The translations under genes and the position numbers were made by a program. The notes beneath the pieces are model-generated. The model saw nothing but the letters and a program-made list of their open reading frames with translations, was not told the DNA's origin and did no database searches. Of a stretch of 64,000 bases of DNA, positions 26,826 to 35,550 are shown one piece after another (the stretch's first letter is position 1; each line of letters starts with the position of its first letter). Origin of the DNA: an uncultured virus (IMG/VR IMGVR_UViG_3300020358_000003) (taxonomy: Duplodnaviria > Heunggongvirae > Uroviricota > Caudoviricetes); the IMG/VR virus record IMGVR_UViG_3300020358_000003, one strand, 5' to 3'.

Positions 26826-26888
26826 TTGACAATCAAGTAAAAATTGTCTATATTATAAAAGTAAAGAGAATCACATAGTCTTGAAAGG
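26826..26888 (+). promoter_or_regulatory. early promoter with conserved leader/RBS cassette
   Basis: TTGACA-17-TATATT-ATAAAAGTAAAGAGAATCA-CATAGT-CTTGAAAGG. Confidence 0.8.
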
Positions 26889-26895
26889 ACACAAC

Positions 26896-27243
26896 ATGAC
26901 TGATATCACTTCTAATGTAAATGCTCTGATTTCAGATATTATTTCAGACTATGGAAAACGATCAAAATCTTCTGATCCATCTCTTGCTGACCATATAGCA
27001 AAAATGGACAAAGAATTTGCAGAAAAAATCACATTCACTGTGGGTAAGAAATATATCCGAATTGTAAATGGCTCTGGTGGAGTGTGGGGTTTTATTGTCA
27101 ATACTGCTGACGATAAGAAATTCAATCTTGGCGATATTCTTATGGCTGCTGGTTGGAAAACTCCAGCGCGGAATTCATCTCGCGGAAATGTTGTTGATGG
27201 TGATTATAGCATCTCTTGGACAGGTCCGGGATACCTTCGCTGA
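26896..27243 (+). CDS. conserved phage hypothetical protein
   Basis: GKKYIRI...VWGFI...GDILMAAGWKTPARN..RGN...WTGP.YL motif. Confidence 0.75.
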   Translation: MTDITSNVNALISDIISDYGKRSKSSDPSLADHIAKMDKEFAEKITFTVGKKYIRIVNGSGGVWGFIVNTADDKKFNLGDILMAAGWKTPARNSSRGNVVDGDYSISWTGPGYLR

Positions 27244-27398
27244 TGAAAACTGAAGTATATGAAATTTCAGTGGATGGTAAGTTCGTAACTACCATCCGCG
27301 AAATAAGTGAATTTTGTGCGATAAACAAATTCAAAGATATGTGGGATTATCCAAAGAATGGAAAAATCATTGCAAAAATATGGGAGCCTAAGTTATGA
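27243..27398 (+). CDS. hypothetical protein
   Basis: TGATG coupling. Confidence 0.55.
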   Translation: MKTEVYEISVDGKFVTTIREISEFCAINKFKDMWDYPKNGKIIAKIWEPKL

Positions 27399-27655
27399 AA
27401 TTTTCTGAGTTAGAATTTGAACCTATGAGTAACGGTGGCAATCGTGCAGTTGTGCGGTTTGGTGACTATGGATTATCTATCATAGATAATGGGTATGGCA
27501 GAGAACGTGATTTATATGAAGTAGGTACGTTTTATAAGAATAAACTTGCAAACCTCTTACCTTCCCATACTGGTGATGATACTGTTGTAGGTAATTGTAC
27601 TGAAAGTCATGTTGAGTTTGTTATAGAAGCAATGAAAACAAGAAGTTTATGGTAA
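27395..27655 (+). CDS. hypothetical protein
   Basis: ATGA overlap; YGLSII...YG....LYEV. Confidence 0.65.
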   Translation: MKFSELEFEPMSNGGNRAVVRFGDYGLSIIDNGYGRERDLYEVGTFYKNKLANLLPSHTGDDTVVGNCTESHVEFVIEAMKTRSLW

Positions 27656-27664
27656 GGGGATTAC

Positions 27665-27856
27665 GTGGTTAATACTTATGAAGATGATGACGATGTTGTT
27701 CTGACAGCCTTCAATAATTACCAAATAGCAATTTTAAAAGAAGAAATTGATCGTATTTCCGCGCTAGATGATTGCGATTATCATAATAACATTTTAATAT
27801 ATTTGAATACAAGAGTAACTACACTTCGCGCTCTAAAATTCAAAATTGCGTTCTAA
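27665..27856 (+). CDS. hypothetical protein
   Basis: GTG start with RBS; shares ILxEEI...DC...L..R with the next ORF. Confidence 0.55.
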   Translation: MVNTYEDDDDVVLTAFNNYQIAILKEEIDRISALDDCDYHNNILIYLNTRVTTLRALKFKIAF

Positions 27857-27883
27857 AATTCAAAATCTATAGGGAGATAATTA

Positions 27884-28084
27884 ATGGGAATGGAGAATGA
27901 AAACTATGTTTGGGAACCAATTAAACACATTGATAATGTGCGAATACAAATTCTACAAGAAGAAATAGAGTATTATAGGACTCTAATTCAACCACATGAT
28001 TGTGGTCATATCTATACTACCATAAGTTTTTTAGAACAAAGAATAAAAAATCTTGCTGGTGGTAAAAAGGAATTCCCTTTCTAA
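27884..28084 (+). CDS. hypothetical protein
   Basis: GGAG RBS; QPHDCGHIYTTISFL. Confidence 0.7.
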   Translation: MGMENENYVWEPIKHIDNVRIQILQEEIEYYRTLIQPHDCGHIYTTISFLEQRIKNLAGGKKEFPF

Positions 28085-28115
28085 TATTAGGCCATTTTTC
28101 AACTTTGTGGTTAAG

Positions 28116-28165
28116 TATAAATAATTAAAATATAAGTTGACAACTTAAACAAACTATGATACAAT
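28116..28165 (+). promoter_or_regulatory. tandem late and sigma70 promoters
   Basis: TATAAATA at 28116-28123; TTGACA(28137)-17-TACAAT. Confidence 0.65.
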
Positions 28166-28190
28166 TCAGTATATCATGAAAGGAAACTAT

Positions 28191-28445
28191 ATGCTAACGA
28201 AATCAGAACTAATTGAACAACTCCAAACTGGAGTTTATGAAGTAACATTTACAAAAGTAAATGGTGATAATCGTATTATGCCTTGTACTTTGATGGGAGA
28301 TTATCTACCAGAGTTTGATACTAAATTAAAAGAACCTAATCCTGTTGACACTGATCTAGATCGTATTTCAGTTTGGTGTACGGATGCTAACGCTTGGAGA
28401 GCATTTAAACCATCAAAACTCATTTCCTTTGAGCGGATGGTATGA
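28191..28445 (+). CDS. WYL-like/SH3 beta-barrel protein (DUF2693-like)
   Basis: VTFTKVNGDNR.M.CTL...WRAF. Confidence 0.7.
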   Translation: MLTKSELIEQLQTGVYEVTFTKVNGDNRIMPCTLMGDYLPEFDTKLKEPNPVDTDLDRISVWCTDANAWRAFKPSKLISFERMV

Positions 28446-28696
28446 TTGTAATTGACCAATATATATTAAGCGCAATCGTCACGTTTGCGCTTTTTATTGC
28501 CTATCGTCTAGGACTTAAATCAGCAGTTGAAAAAAACGATACTCTTAGAGTAGAAAGAATTGTTGATCATACCGTTGATAAACTTTGTGACGAAGGTTAC
28601 GTTGTCTATAAGAAACATGATGATGGTGAGGTAGAATTAATTCAATTGCCAGAATGGATTTTAGAAAAAGAAGACTTGACTTTCATTGAAAAATAG
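28442..28696 (+). CDS. hypothetical membrane-anchored protein
   Basis: N-terminal hydrophobic helix. Confidence 0.65.
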   Translation: MIVIDQYILSAIVTFALFIAYRLGLKSAVEKNDTLRVERIVDHTVDKLCDEGYVVYKKHDDGEVELIQLPEWILEKEDLTFIEK

Positions 28697-28733
28697 TTTA
28701 GGGTTATGGAAATAATCACTAGGAGTGAACCAC

Positions 28734-29840
28734 ATGGCACAATCAAAAAAAAGAAAAACTTTCTCTAGAAAAACTAAAACTGGCTTTGCTGCTGCGCCGA
28801 CTGATAACTTTCAACACTTCAATGACTATATAAGGATAGAAGTGGATAGGAAAGATATCGCTATAAAAATAAAAAACCATGTGAAAAAGTCTCTATCTAA
28901 GGAAGATGCTAAAATTGCATTACAAGCACCAGAATGGGCAATCAGTCAATCTCCTGGTTTAGCAGCAACCATTGCATGGGCAGAACTACAATTAGAATTT
29001 CCTACTTGGTGGAACGCTGAAAAGGTTCTCACAAAACAAGTTAATGAAATTCTGCGTCTTGGCAAGCGTAAACTTTTAAATAAAACTGATAATATTGGAG
29101 TTGTTACGACTCCGAGAAAATCACCAGCAGAAATTATTAAAGAGCGTACTAGTGATTTTATTGGTGGTATTGAAATTATTATTGATAATTGGAAAGATGA
29201 AAAAGATTTCTCCATTTATAGTGAAATGAAAAAACACGATGTGCCTTACATTACAGCCAAAACAACTTATGATCATTACGTCCCATTAAAAGATGAATTG
29301 GACGAATTAATAAACAAAAAAACTCCCGATCTTGTTGAGGGTTATTCATCTATGAAAGTGAGTGATCAGAAAAAATATCAAAAGTTTGTAAATAACATTC
29401 TTACTGACATTGAAAAATATATGATAGCAAAGAAAGCAACTCGTAAGACACGTAAGCCTATAGTAAAATCTGCTGAAAAACAAGTAGCGAAAATTCAACA
29501 CTTAAAGGACTCTGTAGAATTTAAACTAGCGTCTATTAATCCATCATCCTTGATTGGAGCCATGCGAGTTTATTTATTCAATGTAAAGACTAGGGCATTA
29601 ACCGAATTGGTTTGCGAAAAGAGTTGTGGTTTTGAGGTAAAAGGGACAACCCTTCAAGGTGTTGATCTTGCGGCATCAAGAGTTACAAAATTGCGTAAAC
29701 CAGAGGTCTTTATTCCAATGGTACTTAAAAAGACTTCAAACCAGATAAACAAAGAGTGGTCTAGTCTTACCACAAAAACAACTATCGCAAATGGTAGGAT
29801 TAATAAAGATACCATAATTTTAAGGGCAATGAATAAATGA
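28734..29840 (+). CDS. conserved T4-like hypothetical protein upstream of gp33
   Basis: AGGAG RBS; C-terminal KLRKPE...NGRINKDTIIL. Confidence 0.75.
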   Translation: MAQSKKRKTFSRKTKTGFAAAPTDNFQHFNDYIRIEVDRKDIAIKIKNHVKKSLSKEDAKIALQAPEWAISQSPGLAATIAWAELQLEFPTWWNAEKVLTKQVNEILRLGKRKLLNKTDNIGVVTTPRKSPAEIIKERTSDFIGGIEIIIDNWKDEKDFSIYSEMKKHDVPYITAKTTYDHYVPLKDELDELINKKTPDLVEGYSSMKVSDQKKYQKFVNNILTDIEKYMIAKKATRKTRKPIVKSAEKQVAKIQHLKDSVEFKLASINPSSLIGAMRVYLFNVKTRALTELVCEKSCGFEVKGTTLQGVDLAASRVTKLRKPEVFIPMVLKKTSNQINKEWSSLTTKTTIANGRINKDTIILRAMNK

Positions 29841-30067
29841 TAGACAAAAGTTTTATGAACAGAGCAAAATTTAGCAAACTGATTGAGGAACAAGTAATTG
29901 ATAAAAAACTAGGTTATATTGATGCAGTTGTTGAGGTGTGTGATATAACCAAACTTGAACCAGAAGATGTGAGCAAATTTATCTCACCAGTAATAAAGGA
30001 AAAGATTGAGGCTGAAGCAATGAGTCTTAATTTTTTACCTAAACAGAATGAATTGATTTTTGAATGA
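29837..30067 (+). CDS. gp33: late-transcription coactivator gp33
   Basis: FS..IE...YIDAVVEVC...KEKIEAEAMSLNFL; located near gp32. Confidence 0.85.
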   Translation: MIDKSFMNRAKFSKLIEEQVIDKKLGYIDAVVEVCDITKLEPEDVSKFISPVIKEKIEAEAMSLNFLPKQNELIFE

Positions 30068-30237
30068 TACGGTGGTATGATTATTTTGTTATTGCAATAA
30101 CGTCAGTTCTTATATTTCCGTTTGCAATGATAATACTACCACCAATTATAAATCTAAATGCAGTTTTCCCTTTATATGCCTTTTGGTGGTTTTGGGAAAT
30201 GTATTGTGATAAAAGACAGAGTATAGAAAATGTCTGA
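30064..30237 (+). CDS. small membrane protein (57 aa, not in the ORF track)
   Basis: MIRWYDYFVIAITSVLIFPFAMIILPP...; ATGA overlap with gp33. Confidence 0.55.
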   Translation: MIRWYDYFVIAITSVLIFPFAMIILPPIINLNAVFPLYAFWWFWEMYCDKRQSIENV

Positions 30238-30352
30238 TAAAGAGATAAAAGAATTTATAACAATGTTTAAAGGAGTACTACCAGACCCAGACAATTATCC
30301 AACATCTTTTGAATACTATTACCAACTATACAAACATATAAAAGGAAAATAA
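30230..30352 (+). CDS. small hypothetical protein (40 aa, not in the ORF track)
   Basis: MSDKEIKEFITMFKGVLPDPDNYPTSFEYYYQLYKHIKGK; fills the gap exactly. Confidence 0.55.
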   Translation: MSDKEIKEFITMFKGVLPDPDNYPTSFEYYYQLYKHIKGK

Positions 30353-30353
30353 A

Positions 30354-30548
30354 ATGTTTGAACTGATTTTTATCGCGTCACTCTTTCTAAATGATAACGA
30401 AGATTTTTTTGCTGCAAGTGAAGCAAATCAAAAAGCGGGTACTACATGGCAATATGTGGGAACAAAGCCTGTACCAGATGGTCATGTTGCAATTCCATCA
30501 GTGAATCCAGACACTGGTAAAGAGACTATTATTTTTCAGAGAAAGTAA
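30354..30548 (+). CDS. hypothetical protein
   Basis: AAGGA RBS. Confidence 0.6.
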   Translation: MFELIFIASLFLNDNEDFFAASEANQKAGTTWQYVGTKPVPDGHVAIPSVNPDTGKETIIFQRK

Positions 30549-30562
30549 TCTGATAAATATGG

Positions 30563-30591
30563 TTGACACACACACAAAAATATGATATAAT
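30563..30591 (+). promoter_or_regulatory. consensus sigma70 promoter of gp32
   Basis: TTGACA-17-TATAAT. Confidence 0.85.
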
Positions 30592-30647
30592 ACAGATATA
30601 CTAAAAAATATTACAGCAATAATTCAGCATATATGGAGAAATAAAAT

Positions 30648-31544
30648 ATGTCTTTTGCAAATCTAAAACGTAATCGTGGTCAGATTGACCGATTAAGTGC
30701 TGCCGCAACAGCAACACAAACCACTACAAAATCTTATGTGGATGAACGCATGTGGAAACCCACTGTTGATAAACAGAATAATGGCTATGCTGTTATTCGT
30801 TTCTTGCCAGATGGGAAAGAAGGTTCTGAAGTACATTTTGTACGTTATTGGGATCATGCCTTTAAAGGTCCAACTGGTAAATGGTACATTGAGAAGTCTT
30901 TGACTTCAATTGAACAACAAGACCCAGTTGGTGAATACAATTCCAAACTTTGGAATAGTGGTATTGAATCTGATAAAGAAACAGCGCGGCGTCAAAAGCG
31001 GCGTCTGCATCATGTTTCAAATATTCTGGTAGTTTCTGATCCAGGAAATCCAGAAAATGAAGGCAAAGTTTTCATGTACCAATATGGTAAGAAAATCTTT
31101 GATAAACTTATGGATGCTTGGTCGCCAGAATTTGCAGATGAAACACCTATGAATCCATTTTGTATGTGGGAAGGTGCAGATTTCAAACTTAAAATTCGTG
31201 ATGTTGAAGGTTATCGTAATTACGATAAATCTGAATTTTCCTCAACTCGCGTATTATCAGAAAGTGATGAACGCTTGGAAGAAGTATATGACAAGTGTTA
31301 CGATCTTTCAGAGTTTACTGATCCAGCAAACTATAAGTCTTATGCAGAACTAGAAACTAAGATGCGTAATGTTTTAGGTCAAACTGAACCTCAACCAACA
31401 ATGGCACAAACTGCTTCATTGGGTGTGGAAAAGGCTCCAGCATTGGATGATAATATTCCAGATTATGCTGCGCCTAAAAAGACAGAAGTAGAAGGCGAAG
31501 ATAATACTATGGATTACTTTGCAAGTCTAGTTAACGAAGACTAA
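30648..31544 (+). CDS. gp32: single-stranded DNA-binding protein gp32
   Basis: DERMWKP...GYAVIRFLP, YGKKIFDK, GADFKLKIR, NYDKSEF, acidic tail. Confidence 0.96.
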   Translation: MSFANLKRNRGQIDRLSAAATATQTTTKSYVDERMWKPTVDKQNNGYAVIRFLPDGKEGSEVHFVRYWDHAFKGPTGKWYIEKSLTSIEQQDPVGEYNSKLWNSGIESDKETARRQKRRLHHVSNILVVSDPGNPENEGKVFMYQYGKKIFDKLMDAWSPEFADETPMNPFCMWEGADFKLKIRDVEGYRNYDKSEFSSTRVLSESDERLEEVYDKCYDLSEFTDPANYKSYAELETKMRNVLGQTEPQPTMAQTASLGVEKAPALDDNIPDYAAPKKTEVEGEDNTMDYFASLVNED

Positions 31545-33442
31545 TTTCCATAATGAGGAAATGCCCAGCGTAGCGAATTATCTGCTACGCTGGTCAACAC
31601 CCCACCATTTAGATTGGTGGTATTCTGTTGAACATTTGATAATGTAGAATTATCCATTATAACGGTTGGTTGTTTTTTTCCAATACCAGTAGCAGCAACT
31701 GCCATATTTTCAGCAGCACGAACTTCACTTTCTAATCTTGATGCTAAAAGTGCTCTGTTATTTTCACTTTCTACAAAAAGTCGGCGGTTTTCTGGTAAAT
31801 TTGACATATCAGGGCCATTCATCTCTTCAATTTTTTCCTTTGTGTCTAATGACCACTTTAAAAAAGTATCTCTCATATCAGTGACACCACCTGCTAAGTC
31901 GGTATTAAACCCAAATACTCCAGTTGCCATATCTGCTAATCCAGCAAAACTTTTTGTAATTCCAGCAGCAGCACCAACCATACCCACTTCAATACTATCT
32001 GTAAGAGTTTGCGGTTTAAATGTTTTTAAAGCATCCCCAGCACCTGTGACACCATCAAATACTGCCATACCAGCAGCAAGAACTTGTCCAGCAATTGGAA
32101 TACCTCTGGCAAGGCCACCGAATTTTCCACCGAATTTTGCAAGTTTCCCAAGTTTACTTTTGGATTTTCTATCAGCAGCATCCATTGCAGCATCTGACAT
32201 AAAGTCTCCACCAACCGCTTTGCCATTGATTTTTGTTCCTGCTGGATATTGACGCCTTACTCTTCCTTTTTTATCATCACCATCAATATCAACAATATCA
32301 TCCATTCCAAAGCCAAACATATTTTTAAATCTTTGAAATTTGCTTCTTTTCCCTCTTGGTTTTTTACCATCACCATCAATACCAAGACCACCTAATCCCC
32401 TAGCCCGTATTGCGGCGGTCAGTGCGACCATTGCAGCAGTGTTCGCGAGTGTATTAATCGCTTGAATCCCAGAAATAACAGCCCTTACTCCCGATATCGC
32501 CACCCCCAACAATCTCATAGGCCCACCTAATGCAATTATTGCTGCTGTTAATCCAAGCATTTCTGCGATGCCAAACTCTTTACCCATAAACTCAGTTATT
32601 TTATCTCTCAATGGTCCAAGACCTAAAGTCTGTACTACATCTTCAAAAAATATTTTTGTATTTTCCCACATAGTTGTCATACCATCAAGTGCAGTCTGGA
32701 GAGATGGAAATGCAGTGAGCATTTGATTCACACTTTCTTTCAAGGCATCAAAAGCACCACCTTCAGCAAAAGCACCACCGATTGATTTCAAAGCACTAGT
32801 CATTGTCTCACCAAAGAGAGGCATACCAAAAAGTTCATCTGCTTTGTTATTTATTGCATCAAGTATACTAAAGCCTGGATCAATACCTAACTGATCCCTA
32901 AATCTCGCCACTAGAAATGCAACAGCACCACCAGCAAGAACTGTCGCTAAAATTGCTCCAGTAAAACCACCAAACCCTTGCATAATTTCAGACATATTTG
33001 CTAGGTTTCCAAGCATTCCACCTTGTCTATTTCCAGAACGCATAACTCCCTTTTTTTGCAGTGCGCCATCAACCTTTTTTCTATCACGTTTTTCTTCAAT
33101 CGCATCAAGTCTTGACATTTGTTGGTTTGCAAGAAATTTAGAAAACATAGTAACCAATCTAAACATATTTTTACCTATGTCTTTAACTTCATTAGTTAAT
33201 TTTAAATCGGTACTCAATGTTTTAGGCATTATTGATAAGGATTTTACCATATCAGTAAGGTTTTTCATACCAGGAACTTTTACTCCAACATCTATTTTTT
33301 GAACAGATTTTTCCAAATTATTGAAACCTTTTTTGATTTCATCAAGTGTTGATTTATTCAACTGCATATTTTTGAAGTTAATATCAGCAATTCCATCGCT
33401 GTTTATTTCTCTAACTTCATTTACTGTTGCTCCAAATGCCAT
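31541..33442 (-). CDS. probable tape measure / baseplate hub protein (gp29 position)
   Basis: 633 aa, Ala/Gly-rich and helical with hydrophobic segments; follows gp26/gp51. Confidence 0.65.
   Translation of the reverse strand: MAFGATVNEVREINSDGIADINFKNMQLNKSTLDEIKKGFNNLEKSVQKIDVGVKVPGMKNLTDMVKSLSIMPKTLSTDLKLTNEVKDIGKNMFRLVTMFSKFLANQQMSRLDAIEEKRDRKKVDGALQKKGVMRSGNRQGGMLGNLANMSEIMQGFGGFTGAILATVLAGGAVAFLVARFRDQLGIDPGFSILDAINNKADELFGMPLFGETMTSALKSIGGAFAEGGAFDALKESVNQMLTAFPSLQTALDGMTTMWENTKIFFEDVVQTLGLGPLRDKITEFMGKEFGIAEMLGLTAAIIALGGPMRLLGVAISGVRAVISGIQAINTLANTAAMVALTAAIRARGLGGLGIDGDGKKPRGKRSKFQRFKNMFGFGMDDIVDIDGDDKKGRVRRQYPAGTKINGKAVGGDFMSDAAMDAADRKSKSKLGKLAKFGGKFGGLARGIPIAGQVLAAGMAVFDGVTGAGDALKTFKPQTLTDSIEVGMVGAAAGITKSFAGLADMATGVFGFNTDLAGGVTDMRDTFLKWSLDTKEKIEEMNGPDMSNLPENRRLFVESENNRALLASRLESEVRAAENMAVAATGIGKKQPTVIMDNSTLSNVQQNTTNLNGGVLTSVADNSLRWAFPHYGN
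31565..31593. terminator. 10-bp hairpin at the convergence of gp32 and the tape measure gene
   Basis: CCAGCGTAGC-N9-GCTACGCTGG; no U tract. Confidence 0.4.
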
Positions 33443-33451
33443 CTTTTATTC

Positions 33452-33640
33452 CTAGTTTTGTTGTTGTGCTTTTATTCTATCGTTTTCTTCCTCAACGTGT
33501 TGTATCAATAATGTAATGTATATCTCTCTTTCCCACGGCATCATATTATCAAGTTCTGTTAATGAATATTTGTGATCTTGCATTAATTGAAAATTGGTCT
33601 TATAATGACTTAACAGGTTATCATGAGAAAGAGCAATTAA
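33452..33640 (-). CDS. gp51: gp51-like baseplate hub assembly protein; no obvious start, likely reached by a -1 frameshift from gp26
   Basis: LIALSHDNLLSHYKTNFQLMQDHKYSLTELDNMMPWEREIYITLL...; the first ATG is only at 33583. Confidence 0.8.
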   Translation of the reverse strand, partial: LIALSHDNLLSHYKTNFQLMQDHKYSLTELDNMMPWEREIYITLLIQHVEEENDRIKAQQQN

Positions 33641-34344
33641 AAAAAATCATCTAATCCTTCTAATGTAAATTCGTTTGAGTGATTGCATTTTACGCAATTA
33701 AAATTTACAGTTTCAGACAATTTTGGCATAGTCTGAATCCACTCTTTTACTTTATCAAATTGAGTTGATGATAGTGATCCAATAAAATCTTGAATTTCAT
33801 CTTGGCTCTCATCCGCAAGATCATATCTTTCTTCTGCTGTTTCCAAAACTTTCATACATTTACTAATCATTTGAAAAGTCTTTACTGTGTCGCTCAGTGT
33901 ATCATCTCCATCAGCATCCATGATAGATTTAAAATTTGGATAGCCCATGTGTAAAACCATGTCTTCTGTAATCTTTATTTTACTACTAACAGATTGTTCG
34001 GTAACCTCAATTGTAGATAGGTCAATTGGTACTGGATTGTCGGCCTCACATTCTTCACATTTTATTGTGACATTGGCGTTCTCTCCTACAGATTTTGACC
34101 TAAGTTTGAGAAACATATATTCAACATCAAAAGAGGTTAATTTATTTTGGTCAACATCACCTTCAAGACACGCCATAATAGTATCAACAATAGCATTTAC
34201 TGTCGCCCTTTTATCTTCAGACTCCATTGCTAACATTAACACTTTTTCTTCTTTAACCAAATAAGGTCTAAACTTTACATTTGTCTTGGTTGAGGGGATT
34301 GTTAATTCATATTTTGGTTTATCATTTAGTTTTGGTAGTGCCAT
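33637..34344 (-). CDS. gp26: baseplate hub subunit/assembly chaperone gp26
   Basis: MALPKL..PKYELTIPS, RPYLVKEEKVL, LRSKSVGE, two CxxC, ends LEGLDDFF. Confidence 0.88.
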   Translation of the reverse strand: MALPKLNDKPKYELTIPSTKTNVKFRPYLVKEEKVLMLAMESEDKRATVNAIVDTIMACLEGDVDQNKLTSFDVEYMFLKLRSKSVGENANVTIKCEECEADNPVPIDLSTIEVTEQSVSSKIKITEDMVLHMGYPNFKSIMDADGDDTLSDTVKTFQMISKCMKVLETAEERYDLADESQDEIQDFIGSLSSTQFDKVKEWIQTMPKLSETVNFNCVKCNHSNEFTLEGLDDFF

Positions 34345-34928
34345 TATTTACTTCTCCAATTTGTATACGTCAATGATAGACTTACTTCAACAAGCCCATC
34401 TAATTCATTAGTTAATTCAATTGAACCCAAAGTAGTTGGAAACGCTCTTTCAAGTACACATGTATATACTTTTTTTGATAAATGCATACTAACTCCACCT
34501 GGAACAACAAGTGGGTTGTCCGTATAATGTGTTTCTCTATTATCGTGTGCGAGTTGATGTATTACGACTTCTTTGCCATATCCATTTGGCCCATACTTAT
34601 AGCCCAACTCATAAGTATCATTATCTACTGCTAGATTCATCCAACTTTCAATATACTTTTTTATGTTATAATCATTAGTTACATAAAACGATAGATTAAT
34701 ATCGTCTGTTACAAATGTATTTGCAACTTTTTCAGTCACAATTCCAATAACCCTATCTACTGATGAAATCTGTCTTGAGGGTAGCGTAACATTTTTACAG
34801 AGTATATTTAAATCATTTGTGGTTATTTGTACGTCAGAAATTGACGGTAATTCTACATGAAAAAGATTTGATCTTCCAATTCCTTTTTTGATACTACTTT
34901 TGAAATTCTCTATAGTTTGTGCTTGCAT
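34344..34928 (-). CDS. tail tube-family protein (gp19/gp54-like)
   Basis: RSNLF.V, LC..VTLPSR, ESWM, AFPTTLGSIEL, LTYTNW. Confidence 0.7.
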   Translation of the reverse strand: MQAQTIENFKSSIKKGIGRSNLFHVELPSISDVQITTNDLNILCKNVTLPSRQISSVDRVIGIVTEKVANTFVTDDINLSFYVTNDYNIKKYIESWMNLAVDNDTYELGYKYGPNGYGKEVVIHQLAHDNRETHYTDNPLVVPGGVSMHLSKKVYTCVLERAFPTTLGSIELTNELDGLVEVSLSLTYTNWRSK

Positions 34929-35512
34929 TAGACCATACCTCTTGATATTTTATGTACTTTTGCTTGAGACATTTTCTGAAAATCAGCAGTTGGTAAAAAT
35001 GCAGCAATTTCCCATTCTGGGGCTGGGACCAAAGCAAAACGACTTCTTACATGATTTGCCAAATAGTGCTTATAACAAGGTCTGAAGTATTTAAACTTTG
35101 CTGCACCTTGAAGTAAATCATACGACATTTTGAACTTGGTTGTATCGTTATATTTCTTATTATTAGTAATCTCTAATAAACTATCAAGAAATTTTGCTCT
35201 TAATGTCATAGGCAAATAGTGTAGATTTAGTCCAGCGAAGCCACCTTTCGCTTTGCCGACAATTATAGTAAGAGGAAAACTATCATAGTATGGTAGTGTG
35301 GACTTACCTTTTGGATCATAGAAATACATAAACATCTTGCCGACTGCTTGCCGATTTTGAAGTCTGAGTGTATCATCTTTCATGAGTTCGTTTCTATTTA
35401 TTTTACCCATTTTGGATGCTTTATCCTTGAACCAAGAAATTGATTCCTTAGTTCTAGGGGTAATTCCCGCTCTAAACGCTTGTACTTCTAAATTTTGAAA
35501 CAGATTAGACAT
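34928..35512 (-). CDS. gp2: DNA end protector protein gp2
   Basis: YFYDPKGK.TLPYYD.FPL, GLNLHYLP, KHYL, FLPTADF. Confidence 0.9.
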   Translation of the reverse strand: MSNLFQNLEVQAFRAGITPRTKESISWFKDKASKMGKINRNELMKDDTLRLQNRQAVGKMFMYFYDPKGKSTLPYYDSFPLTIIVGKAKGGFAGLNLHYLPMTLRAKFLDSLLEITNNKKYNDTTKFKMSYDLLQGAAKFKYFRPCYKHYLANHVRSRFALVPAPEWEIAAFLPTADFQKMSQAKVHKISRGMV

Positions 35513-35537
35513 TTATATTCCCAAAGTTATTCATTGT

Positions 35538-35545
35538 TATTTATA
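35538..35545 (-). promoter_or_regulatory. T4-type late promoter
   Basis: TATAAATA on the minus strand upstream of gp2. Confidence 0.75.
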
Positions 35546-35550
35546 TCAAT

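Noticed and set aside
21963..26888. CRISPR array or mobile-element ends from the repeated ~28-nt sequence
   Set aside because: The copies are hundreds to thousands of bases apart, each sits between a -35/-10 pair and a start codon, and there is no cas or transposase gene.
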